DNA of 64,000 nucleotides. Source: Octopus vulgaris. Taxonomy: Eukaryota. The stretch is taken from NCBI GenBank assembly GCA_951406725.2, contig OX597827.1, positions 372,001 through 436,000 of the forward strand, written 5' to 3'. The notes below the pieces were generated by a model, which was not told the origin of the DNA, ran no database searches, and was given only the letters and a program-made list of their open reading frames with translations. Below are positions 30,071 to 43,565 of the stretch, in pieces. The translations under genes and the position numbers were made by a program. The first letter of the stretch is position 1. Each line of letters opens with the position of its first letter.

Positions 30071-30192
30071 GGCCACCAAGTTAAAATACAACCAGCCAGA
30101 TATTATTGTGTGGGACGACAAAGAAAAGACGTGGGAAGTCAGCTGCCCACTGGACACCAATGTGGTTAGAAAAATACAAGAGAAAGAGGACG
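30071..30192 (+). pseudogene. R4/Dong-like RLE endonuclease fragment
   Basis: KYNQPDIIVWDDKEKTWEVSCPLDTNVVRKIQEKED fits the PD..D..E.SCP.D.N motif. Directly follows (TACA)n. Confidence 0.8.
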
Positions 30193-30839
30193 TCTGTGAT
30201 GTCACTGTTTCCTCTTGAGTTGGAAAGAGTAGTTCAGTTTTGTGTAATTCCTTGCTGATTTAGAAATTTTCGTACTTCTGCGGACATAAATTGAGTCTCT
30301 CTTTTTACCAGGAGTTCCAGCTAAAGAAAATAGCAATACGAGACATCAAGCAATGGTTTTGAGAGGTGTCATCAAAATAACGAAAAACATGAATACTCAC
30401 CAACCACCTCCAACTATCACCAGTACTATTAGAAAGGTCTCCAACTATCACCACTACCACAAAAAAGATATCTGTTTCGCGATGCCGAATGTTTAAGCTC
30501 CACAAAATCTAATAAGATGCCTTTACGAAGTGCTGATCTGTCGTAGGGATGTAAACTTTAAGTTTTAATTCGGAGTCTACTTGGCAGTTACTGTAGATTT
30601 TACGAACATCCATAGTGAAAAACATTAAAAACACTCTTCATATTTTTCACGTAATACTATAATATTTTTACACCAGGCTATCATAATTCATTGTGGGTAT
30701 AGTGATTAAATCTGAATAAGAACAGCATCTTCGAGACCTCAGTGCATCCATTCTCTTTTCTTCGTCAATGGAAAAGATCAAGCCTATATGAAGAAACGTC
30801 CTATGTCCAGCGTAGAATTTTATCAATCTTTATTTTGCA

Positions 30840-30854
30840 TCTATAATATATATA

Positions 30855-30923
<69 letters not shown>

Positions 30924-30928
30924 CACAC

Positions 30929-30987
<59 letters not shown>

Positions 30988-31367
30988 CTGAAGTTGTCTG
31001 TGTATGGTAGGTTTGGTAGCCTTCAACTAACACTATCTCCTCCGAGACCCTGCGGCGCAAGTTGACCAAAATTGAGAGTATGATAGAAGAAGGCTTGCTC
31101 TTCCTTCCGTAGAAGAAAAAAATTCAAATCGGACCATATTAACACCAAAAATTATTTACACCAAAAGGTGCTTTTTTTCTATGAAAATACCTATTTTTTA
31201 CGATTTTTTACTGCTGTGTCGCCATTTTTCAGTATATTTCAACCAGAAAAATGTTCAGTTAAAGAGAATAACAAGCTACATAATGCAAAATTTTTACTTT
31301 TCAAAAATTCCAATTCTAAAGGGTCGAAAAGAAAACAAGCCCGAGCAACGATGGGCTATACTGCTAG
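30840..31367 (+). mobile_element. Non-autonomous Helitron
   Basis: A|TC 5' end with (TA)n, 3' hairpin gcccgagcaacgatgggc then CTAG|T. Inserted between A and T with no TSD. Confidence 0.85.
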
Positions 31368-31842
31368 TCTGTGATAAGGGTAGAATGTCTCCCTAGGAGG
31401 TAGTGGTGACGTTTAAGTAAGCACTCAACATTAGCAGCAACTTTCTTCCTAACAGAAGGATGCAATTCATTATGAGAGATAAAAGCAATGATACGCCTTC
31501 CATGCGGTGATGACGAATTAGCTCAGCTTTAAAAGCGGACAGTGATATCAATGATGTAGAGATAAATCATTTTTTTAAATATCGATTTCGATATTTTTGA
31601 AAGCAGTAACAACTTCTTGAAGGTTTAGGAAAAAGACATTTATCATTAAAGGTTTAAACTTTGTGAGAAAAATGATCCACGCATTTGTTCTTATGAACTT
31701 GTACAGCTACATAGGTCTGAGATCAGGAGGTGCAGAAGGTACAAGCACACACCCAAGTTCTTTTGGGTGGCCATGCAAACGCTTTGACTACCTTGAGTTG
31801 GACCTGGGTTTGCGAGTCCTAAGCAAAGTTCGTTCCCACACG

Positions 31843-32053
31843 TACGAGGTGGTGCTGAAACGTTCCTGGCCTTGGGTAAAAGAAAATATAGGAGGATCAG
31901 TTAATTAGGATTTTATTCAACATATTCCTCTCTCAGGTTCACACATTTACTGCAGCGGCCCTTCAGTTTTCTAAGCCCTGTAAAAGAACTCAGAAGGTTT
32001 GAGCATCTAACCAGGCCTTTAGCAATACCCTTAAAGACGGGAACTTTTCAGCA
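31843..32053. mobile_element. Mariner-type MITE
   Basis: TA-cgaggtggtgctgaaacgttcc / gggaacttttcagca inverted ends, right end clipped. Confidence 0.75.
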
Positions 32054-32690
32054 ATGAATTTTTTTTTAGTTTCCTTTTTAGAAAATAGGAATTCTAAGAA
32101 ATTTAAAAGGAAATCAAATTCATAAAGGATTAAGTTGTATAAACATAAAACCTAATTCCAGATGTCGCTATTCTAGCAGATCCTGTGACCACATGAGGAC
32201 CCTTTCACTTGGAATCTAAATGAGAATCCGCCAGCTAATCAGTCGGTTAGTATTTTAGGTAGATGCTGGTAGTGGGAATTGGTAAAAGAGGAAGGTGATT
32301 TGCTCTTTAACTGGTTTCAAATGTTGACACAGGGTCATCGACATCAACCCTAGTGCTCACTTGGTACTTATTTTATTGTCCCCGAAAGGATGAACGGCAA
32401 AGTCGACCTCACTGGAATTTGAACCCAGAACGTAAAGATAGACGAAATATAGCCAAGCATTTTGCTCGGCGTGCTAACGATTCTGTCAGTTCGCTGCCTT
32501 AATTTGCTCACTAATTAAAAACAAATTTCATATTTCCCAGCTTATTATCTAATTTCTCGACTGTCACAGAATTCAACTTACTTTTTGCCGCCCCCACTCC
32601 ACGCTCCACTTCACACATGTTTGTTGCTTGTTGCTCTCACGATTCTGCCGTTCATTAATATATGTGTATGCCAATGTCATTCTTTTGCGG

Positions 32691-32737
<47 letters not shown>

Positions 32738-33260
32738 ACACATTTGTTGACGTCATAAGAATTTATAAACTTTCGAGAGAACGTGAACTCTTTTCTGGAA
32801 TAGTGGATTTCGAAGCACATAAGGCAATAAATATTATGTAAATATTGGGTTGAAACTCCCTTTTAGATAGAAAAAATCGAAGGAGATGTGAGTTCGTGTC
32901 CTTACCACAACTAAACAATAGCAACAACAACAAGCTCAGCATCGTAAGTCACTCCTCAGTATTTGAACATTTGATGACCTATTACACCCCACAATCCAGA
33001 GCCCGTCACAGTCTAGCTATCCACTTCCTCATACCATAACCGGCCCCTCTTCATCATTGCCATCGTGTTCTACAGCTAAGCAACAGCAACAACAAGATCA
33101 GCATGAGAAGTGAGGCACTTTGATATCAGAATCAATGATTGCAACATGGTTCTTGGGGAAAAGCAATGCGTTTTAAAACAAAAATTTAGTCATCGAAGGA
33201 TGACTAAATATTCGATGGTATCAAACTGGGTAAATTTATAAAACTGGCTTATTACTAATA

Positions 33261-35368
33261 CTATTGAACGAATTAAAACAAGAAATACTATTCCTTATTA
33301 ATATAAATTGGCCGTTTGTTTAATTAAAATAATAATAGTATTTAATTTCAATAACGCTATTTATTCGTTATGCCCAACTCGCATTCAGTTGGGTTTATTA
33401 ATTTACGTTATGAATTGTAAATGGATTTCTTTTGTGATCCTTACGTGTAATATATGGTTTTTGCAGACCCGAACAATAATATTATCTATTACTTATTCGC
33501 TGGTCATTTGTTTAATATTTAAATTAAAGGAATCAAATGCAGTAGCATTTTTAAAAATAAGTAAACAGATCCAAGGGATCTCCGTCGGTTTCGACGTTAA
33601 ACATTGCAGTTGTTCGATCAACTGAACTTCCAAATCATTGAATTATAGAGAAATGGCTGAATATCTCACGTACATTTGTATCTTTAATGTAACTCCCGTT
33701 CGAATCAATATGGGACAAGGCCGTATCTTTAAAGTTCATTTGATTGGTTTCGTGTACTTTCTTTCACGCACAAGGCTGGGTTGACTGAAGGATGTGATAA
33801 AAGATCTTATTCGGTAGGGTTGGGGATCGAATCCAGTTCTTCATCATTATAAATCGCACTTCATAATCATTCGGCCATGACTGCCTCTATATTATAAGTA
33901 TTAGCAAAACATAATTCGATAAAACCTGATTATTAGTTCTACTGTTAATGTTTTGCGAATTTTGGGTTTTGAGAGCGTGGACGACAACGTTCTTGGAATG
34001 TTTGAAAAGTTTTAATATCATTCTTTAAATTCGGTTGGAATCTTGGCAATTCTTTTGACTCTCATTCTTCTGATTAATTGGAAAAGCTTCCACACATACA
34101 CGCATACACACACACACATCCGCGCGCGCACACCATACGCGCGCGCACACGCACACACACACACACACACGCGCGCGCACACATGCAGACACACAGGCCA
34201 AGACACACGGATTCCCTCCCCATTCCCTTCTCTCACACACAAACACGGGTTGAAGAAGTCATAGAAGACCAGAAACAAACCATAAAAATATAGTGTCGGT
34301 GAGTGGGGAAGGACAGTGGTGGTAGTGGTAGTGTTATTGCAGTAGTGTTGGTGGCGATGTTCAGGTGATGGTGGTGGAGATGTTGTTTGTGGTGAGGGTG
34401 GTGGTGGCTGCAGTGGTGCAAATTCATGGTGGTCGTTGCGTTAGAGGCGGTGGTAGTGGAGGTTGGAGTGTTGCAAGTAGTGGTAGTAGTGCTTGTGGTG
34501 GTAGTGTATAGTGGTGATAGTGGTAGTATATGATAGTGGTGCAGTAGTGGAGGTCGTTGTGGGATAGGTGGTAATGGTAGAAATAGTACTAGTGGTAGGT
34601 AGATGGTGAAGGGGATGGTGAAATTTGCAGTGATGGAAATAATAGCGATGATGTCTTCTTCTTCTTCTCCTCCTCATCTCAACTTCTTCTTCTTTTTTCT
34701 TCTTTCTTCTTCTTCTTCTTCTTCTTCTTCTTCTTCTTCTCCTCCTCCCCCCTCCTCCTCCTCCTCCTCTTTCTTCTTCCTTCTCCTCTTCATCCTCGTC
34801 GTTGTTACAATAAGAGAAATTATTATTATTATTATTATTACTATTATTATTACTATTAGTAGTAGTAATAATAATAATAACAACAGTAATGCTGGTAATA
34901 GTAGTGGCAGTAGTAGTAATAGTGGTGGTGTCGGTGATGGTATAGGTGGTATATAGTTGTTGGTGACGGTGGTGGAACTGTTAGTAGAATTTGTGATGAC
35001 AGTGGCGGTGATGGTGATGTTAGCTGTGGGCTGATCTAAAGACAAGACCCTGATGAGATATTAGCACTAATCAATATTACAATATAATTAGTGACATCAC
35101 ACTCCGCATTATATCAACCAACCCCATCCTTCCTGTCTTGGCTTGCAGCTCTTCTTCCCCTCTTTATCTCCCTTTCCACGCTCTTCTGTTCCCTCCCTTA
35201 TCTCCCTTTTCACACGCATCATTCTCTATAAGTTCGTTCAGCCCCTTCCTATCTTTGCATTTCTCACTGTCCACCGCTTAATCTCTATTCCCATCTATCT
35301 CTTCCTCATGTTCTCTCTTTCTCTTTGTCTTTAGGTGACTCTCTCTCTGTCTCCCCACCTCTATCTAT

Positions 35369-35444
<76 letters not shown>

Positions 35445-36539
35445 ACATACATACATACATACATACATACATACATACGTACATACATACATACGTACAT
35501 ACATACATATATACATACATACATACACACATTCGGAAACACATTCCCTAATTATAGATGTGCAGAAGGTGGTTGACTGAAATTTCGGGAGTTCTTTCCC
35601 TTGTCTCGTTTGAGATTTATTTTCATTAACGCTAATGACTCATCTTCATATTATACTCATTATTGATGCATTCCTTAAATAGCTTCTTGAGTCTCCCCAG
35701 CTTCCTTCGGCTCTGTGTGGGAATTCTATAGAGAAGGTGGCAAGATGTGCGTTGCTCACTATTTTCGATCACATGACCAGTTTGTCGGGTCATGCATAAC
35801 TCGTCAATCTGTATCACATGATCAACATGACCAATGTGTCAAGATTTGCATGAATCGACAATATAGATCACATGACCAATGTCTCGAGTTAGTCTGGATC
35901 ATGTGACCAACGTGTCGAGATGCGCATGACTCGCCAATCTAAATCACATGACCGAAGTTTTACAAGACATGAATTGTTCATTAGTCTAGATCACGTGACC
36001 AATGTGTCGAGATGCGCATGACTCGCCAGTCTATATCACATGACCAATGTGTCGAGACCAGGCTCTCACAATAACTGTTTCAATGTTTACAAATCGGTAG
36101 CTCTTTAGTGCTTCGAGTAACATTTCACCTCTCAAATCGAGGAGTTTAATTTACTTGCTCTAAGAGGATGTGAAGTGCTCATGTCTTTGCAGGTTCTCTG
36201 AGACTGGTGAGATTGATGCCATTAATGTTCTATTTAAACTACTGAACGAATTAAAACAAGAAATGCTATTCCATAATTATAAATTGGCTGTTTGCTTAAT
36301 TTGCATAATAATAGTAGTATTTAGTTTTAATAACAACGGTAGCTTTATTCACTCATCACGCCCAACTCGCCTTTGGTCTGATTTATTAATTTACGTCATG
36401 AATTGTAAATGAAATTGTTTTGTGATCCTTAAGTGTAATGTATGAGTTTCGTAGACGCGAACAATCAATACTATTATCTATTACTTACTCGGTGGTCATT
36501 TGTTTAATATCTAAATTAAAGGAATCAAATGCAGTTGCA
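33261..36539. repeat. Dispersed direct repeat of about 290 bp (33261-33547 and 36239-36539)
   Basis: Collinear blocks tgaacgaattaaaacaagaaat...gcccaactcgc...tttattaatttacgt...tgtgatcctta...ggtcatttgtttaatat.taaattaaaggaatcaaatgcag, moderately diverged. Confidence 0.9.
35768..36058. repeat. Degenerate minisatellite of about 45 bp, rich in TCAC[A/G]TGA
   Basis: Repeated atcacatgaccaatgtgtcgagatgcgcatgactcgccaatct units. Confidence 0.85.
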
Positions 36540-36883
36540 GGTCAATACATACAGGATGAGACATGGACAAGGAGAAGATTCTAATGAGACAGGGCAATGT
36601 GGGAGAAAGATAGGGTGTAATGGTTTGTGCGGGATAGAGACGGTTGTGTGCACCAAGTGTGATGAGATGTAAAAAAGCGAGTAGGTCAGAGGTATCTCAA
36701 TAGTGGAGATAGGAGATAAACCAGCTCAGAGGAGCAGTGGCCATTACAAATCTCGCTGAATGACTTTGGAATTCGAAGAATGTGCATGTTGTATAGAGTT
36801 TATGTTTTACAACCACAGAGTAGACTAATACAATTGTTTGCTTGTATTCCACCTGCCTTCGTCTTTTGTTTATTTTCATAAAG

Positions 36884-36956
<73 letters not shown>

Positions 36957-37051
36957 ATATATATATATCTACCAGAGTAAGCGCATAAATGTGAAACAAA
37001 GTGGAAAAAATAGTACTCGAATACCGGAGGTAGAGTAATATGTATATTATA

Positions 37052-37551
37052 TGGTAGTTGTCTACTCCTTATGCAGAGTTTGACCACCTCCTGTACCTAC
37101 ACTTCAGCACCATCATGGCATCTGATGTGGCTTTTTAAACCAGACAATGTTCTGAAAAGACACCCACATAGATTGCACATCCGATTTGATCTACCAAGAA
37201 CTGCAGATATGTTCTGCTCTTTGTGGATCTTAAAATGTCTTTTGAGGCCTCCGTTGGATTTGCAAACCTTCTGGCATACACTGCTTTCAAAGGTGTGCAC
37301 AGACATATAGGTAGAATAGTTGGTGGAGGTTTGTTTTCCATGGGTTCGCAGATGAGATTTGAGGCCAGCAAAAGACAGACATGGTGTCACAGACTGTGCG
37401 CACAAAAAGGTCAGTCATTCACCTTCTCGATTGTTACATTCTTCCTTAGATCTCTTTTGAGTCTTAAATGCGTTATCCTTGCCTCTTCAAATGCTTTCAC
37501 TCCACTACACACCTTTGTTCGCCATCCAACTCGATCCGAAGCAAGGGTTTC
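37052..37551 (-). mobile_element. 3' end of an RTE-clade LINE with three C-terminal C2H2-like zinc fingers
   Basis: ETLASDRVGWRTKVCSGVKAFEEARITHLRLKRDLRK (RTE C-terminal motif), a frameshifted segment, then GLKSHLRTH, CQKVCKSNGGLKRHFKIH and CNLCGCLFRTLSGLKSHIRCH, stop and short 3' UTR. Confidence 0.85.
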
Positions 37552-37754
37552 TATATATATATATATAATATTAGGGATTAAATCCAAACTTACAGGGAAA
37601 AATCAGATTTAGGATTAAATCTAATTTTACAGTATAAATATATATTTATATTTATGATTTGCCTAATAGTGGTTTTTATCTCTAATTTAATATATATATA
37701 TACACATACATACAAACATACGTACATACATACATACACACATACGTACATACG

Positions 37755-37798
<44 letters not shown>

Positions 37799-37989
37799 TA
37801 AATATAAATATATAAATATATAAATATATATATATATAAATAAATTACTTTGCCACATACTAAACTTTCTAGAAATAGCAGCCAATAAAGTTTTTTAGCC
37901 TCTTCCACTACTTAGAGAATTTTTTCCCTCTAACATTGTTTACTCAAAATAATAATGGTCCCTTTACATACTGAACACTTGATGAAATT

Positions 37990-38058
37990 GATTAATAACT
38001 AATTAACTTTACCCTCCTTGTTGATATATATATACATATGTATATGTGTACATGTATG

Positions 38059-38091
<33 letters not shown>

Positions 38092-38593
38092 ATGTGTGTA
38101 TGTATGTATTTGTATATGTGTGTGTGTATATGTATGTGTGCGCGTGTGTGTGTATGTATGTGTATGTATACTTGTATATGTATATGCATGAATGTATATA
38201 TATGTGTGTGTATATGTGTATTATGTATGTATTTATATAGATATGTAGTTTATATATATATATGTATGTATATGCATCTGTCTGTGTGTGTGTATGTGTA
38301 TATATGTGTATCATTTTTGCGTATGTATACATGTATATGTGTATATGTATGTGTGTGTGTGTGTGTATATGTATATATATATATATATGTGTATATATAT
38401 GTATATATATATATATGCATACGTATGTGTATGTACATGTATATATGTATGTGTGTATATGTATATATGTTTATATATGTGAGTATGTAGTGATATAAGT
38501 ATATGCATGTGTATGTATGGGTATGTGTATCAGTGTATATGTATATATGTATGTGTGTGTGTATGTATATGTATGTATATGTGTATATATGTA

Positions 38594-38630
<37 letters not shown>

Positions 38631-38693
38631 GTGTATATGTGTGTATGTATGTGTATGTGTATGTATGTGTATATATATCTATATATGTATATA

Positions 38694-38726
<33 letters not shown>

Positions 38727-39217
38727 GAGTGCGTGTGTGTATGTATGCATATATGTATGTATGCATGTATATGTGTATGTATATATATGTGTGTAAGTGT
38801 GTGCATATATGTATTTGTAAGTATGTGTGCGCGTATGAGTATGTATGTATGCTTGCACACGTGTATATATATGTGTGTGTGTGTATATATATGGATGCGC
38901 GTGCGTGTGTGCACGTGTATGGGTACGCATGTATATGTGTATGTGCGTGTATGCGTATACGTGTATGTATGTATGTGTGTGCGTAGATTTGTATATGTAT
39001 GTGTGAGTGTGTATATATATATATATATATATATACATATATATAGATGGGTGTGTGTATGCGTATAAATGCATGTAAGTATGGATGTATGGATGTATGT
39101 ATGTATGTATACGTATGTAGGTGTGTATGTGTGTATGTATATATATATGTGTGTATATATGTTTGTGTATGTATATATATGTGTATGTATGTGTGTGTAT
39201 ATGTATGTGTGTATGTG

Positions 39218-39259
<42 letters not shown>

Positions 39260-40118
39260 TATGTATCTGTATGTAGGAGTATATATGTGTGTGTGTGTAT
39301 GTATATGCGGGTATATATATATATATGTATATTTATTGGTGTATATGTATAGACTAGCCTCCTAAAGTGTAGACACGAATCTGTAGGTACGAGTACGTAT
39401 GTGTATATACGTGAACGTATGTAGATGTTTGTATGTATGAATATAACGCGTGCGTACGTGTATGTGTATGAGTGTACGAATGGGTGAATGTACGTGCTAA
39501 TGAGTGTGCGTGCGGGAATGAGTACTTGCCTTCTAGTAGACAGACAAATGGACATGCAGCCATTGCCAGGATTCTTAGCCCTAGCGATCAAAGATAACAA
39601 AAGTAATAAATGAAGATAATAAAATTAAAATTAGGGAATGGGCCTGTATTGGATTGTATATATATATATGTATATGTATATTTGTATGTATGTATGTGTG
39701 TATGTGTAGGTATGTATAGGTACACATGTGTATGTGTATGTGTATGTATATATGTGTGTATGTATGTATGTGCACACATGTATATATATGTATGCGTGTA
39801 TATGTTTATATATATATATGTGTACATAGGTGTATGTGGGTGTATGTATATATAGGTGTAAATATGTGTATATAGGGAACTAGGTGTGTTGTGTGTGCAT
39901 GAGTGTATGTGCGTATGAATATATATTTTTATGTGTATATATGTATGTGTGGTCGTGGGTATATATATATATATATATACATGTGTGTATGCGTGCATGC
40001 ATGGGAGTGAGTGTATGCATATATACGTGTGTGTATGTGTAGACAGGTATAGGCATGTGCATGTGTATAAATTTGTATATGTGGGCGGGTGTATGTATGT
40101 GTGTATGTAGATATGTAT

Positions 40119-40170
<52 letters not shown>

Positions 40171-40240
40171 GTGTGTGTATATATATGTGTATGTATGTAT
40201 GTGTGTGTAGATACGTATACATGTGTGTATAGGTATAAGT
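37990..40240. repeat. Large compound (TA)n/(TG)n/(TATG)n microsatellite field
   Basis: About 2.2 kb of alternating purine-pyrimidine simple repeats with one short unique island at about 39500-39655. Confidence 0.95.
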
Positions 40241-40572
40241 GAGAATCTCCTTATTTACCTATAACTCTATCCCCCCTTTTTTTATATATATATTTTTTTA
40301 TATATATATTTTATATATATATTTTTTTATATATATTTTTTATATTTTTTATTTTTTTATTTTTTTATTTTATTTTTTTATTTTTTTATTTTTTTTTATT
40401 TTTTATTTTTTTATTTTTTTATTTATCTATTCTTTCATCTAACTTACCACTGACTCCTTGACCACTCCCCCAAGTATGATATTTTGCGCTATGCCTACCC
40501 CCAAAAAGTCCCCCACCACCACTCCTTTAAACCTGCCTAAATGTATAAATGCTAATACAATTCTTGTTAAAT

Positions 40573-40623
40573 AGCTTCCTGAAGATTTCTCTTGAATGAA
40601 ACAGTACTAGTCCTGTAGAAGCT
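40573..40623 (+). ncRNA. Type I hammerhead ribozyme with canonical core
   Basis: AGCTTC-CTGAAGA-TTTC(TCTT)GAAT-GAA-ACAG(TACTAGTC)CTGT-A-GAAGCT: 6-bp stem I, 4-bp stem III, GUA triplet ending at 40617. First pair of stem II is a U.U mismatch. Confidence 0.85.
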
Positions 40624-40634
40624 CCTTCTATATA

Positions 40635-40674
<40 letters not shown>

Positions 40675-40694
40675 GGAGAGAGAGAGAGAGCGAG

Positions 40695-40995
40695 AGTGGT
40701 TTAGTGGTCAGGGCATTCAGCTCACGATTGTAAGGTTGTGAGTTCAGTTCTCACAACGTATTTTCTGTCCTTGAGCAAGACACTCTATTTCAGGTTGCCC
40801 CAGTCCACTCAGCTGGCAAAAATGAGTAGTACTTGTATTTCAAAAGGCCAGTCTTGTCACAGTCTGTGTTACGCTGAATCTCCCTGAGAACTACGTTAAG
40901 TGTATATGTGTCTGTGGAGTGCCCAGCCACTTGCACATTAATTTCACGAGCAAGCTGTTCCGTTGATCGCATCAGCTGGGAGCCTCGTCGTCGTA
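40695..40995 (+). mobile_element. tRNA-derived SINE (separate family)
   Basis: A-box-like tggtttagtgg and central tgtccttgagcaagacact...ccagtccactcagctg. Related pieces at about 22870-22990 and 16440-16550. Confidence 0.75.
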
Positions 40996-41014
40996 TATGT
41001 ATATGTATATATAT

Positions 41015-41072
<58 letters not shown>

Positions 41073-41664
41073 TGTTTTTGAAATGGCTGAGCATGGTTTA
41101 AGGGAGATGCCGCTACTACTTCTAGTAAGTTGGGAAATCAATTACCGGCAATCTCATTGGGATCATATTGAAAAGTCACTGCGTTTCGTAGATCTTTGTA
41201 ATCGATGTTTCATTGAGGACATCATTGAAGGCATCACATTCATCTTGTGTATCATCAGTCGAAAATTAACATCTCTATACTTTATATCACGCCTTCCTTT
41301 AAATTCCTTTCTGTTTACTTGCTCACAGTTGAAGCGATAATAGAACATTCCACTGTTCTCTACCCTTAGATAAAGGGCAACAACCACTGAGCTAATCGAA
41401 CACATCTATTGTACTCTCCTTAGATTAATTGTTACCGACGCTGACCTCTACTGGTTCTCCAATATTCGGTTGTTCAGTATAATGAAACTATCATCATTTA
41501 TACTGTGCCTGCCTCTGCTGCTTTTAATGTGATATAGTGATGTACACATCCCCATGGAGTCTATTTAGAGTTTTTGAACTGAGCCGTTGAGCTGTAGTTT
41601 CGTCAGAGACATAGAATACTGCTAATAACGGGGTATGAATTGTTTGTCCTTTGCCTATGTAGAG

Positions 41665-42125
41665 TGTGAACTGTGACTCGATTCTGTGACAAATGAGACT
41701 CGATTGCTTGACAGATGTAAATGGATACTGTGCCGGCTGTGACTCGACACTGTAACTACTCACACAAGTTACTATGAAATCTGTGACTCGATACTATGAC
41801 AACTGTGAATCAATAGTGTGATAGATGCAATTAAATACTGTGACAGTTGTGACTCGATACTGTGACACTTGTGACTTGGTACTCTAACAGATGTTACTTG
41901 ATGCTGTGACAGCTGTGACTCAAAATTATGGCAAATATTACTTGGTATATGACAGCTTTGACTCAATATTGTGACTGCTGTGACTCGATAGTGTGACAGA
42001 TGTAATCGACTACCCTAATAGATTTTACTTGATGGCGTGACAGTAGTGACTCGACGATGTGATAGCCGTGAGTCATATATTGCGACTGATTGTTGTGACT
42101 CAATACTATCTATGATAGTCATGAC
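41665..42125. repeat. Degenerate 22-bp minisatellite, consensus about GCTGTGACTCGATACTGTGACA
   Basis: Recurring tgtgactcgata.tgtgaca units. Confidence 0.85.
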
Positions 42126-42882
42126 GCGGATATTGCGATAGATGTGACGCGAAATTAAATGAATTGAGAATAAATGGAATAAATTGATGAAGCATTCTTC
42201 ACCGAGACAAATATCACAGCTTGAAAACTGGTGATCCAATATTTTATCTGCCAGCCATCTCGACAGTACCACCACCACCACCACCACCACCACCACCACC
42301 ACCACTGCTATAACTATATCATGCACATTTGCGCTCATAGGCAAAAACATATAAATACAAGAACAAAAATTACAGTCAGACAAATAAACACAGAAGCACC
42401 CACACACATCGAAAACACATGAGCATACATACATATATGCAAACCTACATATACACATACATATATACATATATACATGTGTGTGTGTGTGTGTGTCTAT
42501 TCACACATACATACACACACACACATACGCACATAACAAGAAGCAGACAAATCAAGATGGGTCAGTTTTAATAAAGGTGTTTTTAGTGTGCACACACATA
42601 CACACGTAGAAAATTATAGACACGAACACTAATATATATATACATATATTCAGGCATACATACACAAACATACAAAAGGGAAACACATTCACACACACTC
42701 ACACACATAAACAGACACACACAGACACACACAAACACACATACACACACTTCGCACTTATTTGCTGCGACATTGTTGAAATTCAATTGAAATTTGCACA
42801 TTGAATAAAATTGCCAGAAGAGATTTACTGAAGATGGAACTGGTAACAATTGGACAGATATTGTCTTACGTATATGGCTCAG

Positions 42883-43040
42883 ATGGTGGTGGTGGTGGTG
42901 GTGGTGTTTGTGATGCTAGTGGCGATGATGATGATGATGATGATGATGAAACTCAAGACGATGATTTTGACGCCGACGACGACGATGACAATGATGATGT
43001 TGATGCTGATATTGAAGATGACGATGATGATGATGATGAC

Positions 43041-43077
<37 letters not shown>

Positions 43078-43222
43078 GCAATAATGACCATTCGTGGTAG
43101 TGGAAGGAAAAAAGCTGAAAGAGAAGAATCTCCTCTACGTAAGAGCAACAGCAACAACAACCACAACAACAACAGAAGCAGCAATCTGAAGTTGCAGCTG
43201 CAAAAACAACATTATTTCCATT

Positions 43223-43282
<60 letters not shown>

Positions 43283-43314
43283 GGCTGCAACTACTACTGC
43301 TGCTGCTGCTGCTG

Positions 43315-43352
<38 letters not shown>

Positions 43353-43395
43353 GCTACTACTACTGCTACTACTACTACTACTACTGCTGCTGCTG

Positions 43396-43481
<86 letters not shown>

Positions 43482-43497
43482 ACTACTGCTGTTGCTG

Positions 43498-43535
<38 letters not shown>

Positions 43536-43565
43536 GTTGCTACATCAACGTCAACAACAACAATA
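42883..43565. repeat. Compound trinucleotide repeats (GGT)n, (GAT)n, (CAA)n, (CTA/CTG)n
   Basis: Directly visible. Source of the poly-D, poly-L and poly-V ORFs. Confidence 0.95.

Noticed and set aside
38009-39998. Many overlapping YI/HT/CV-rich ORFs, also seen elsewhere in the window
   Set aside because: Artefacts of dinucleotide and tetranucleotide repeats.
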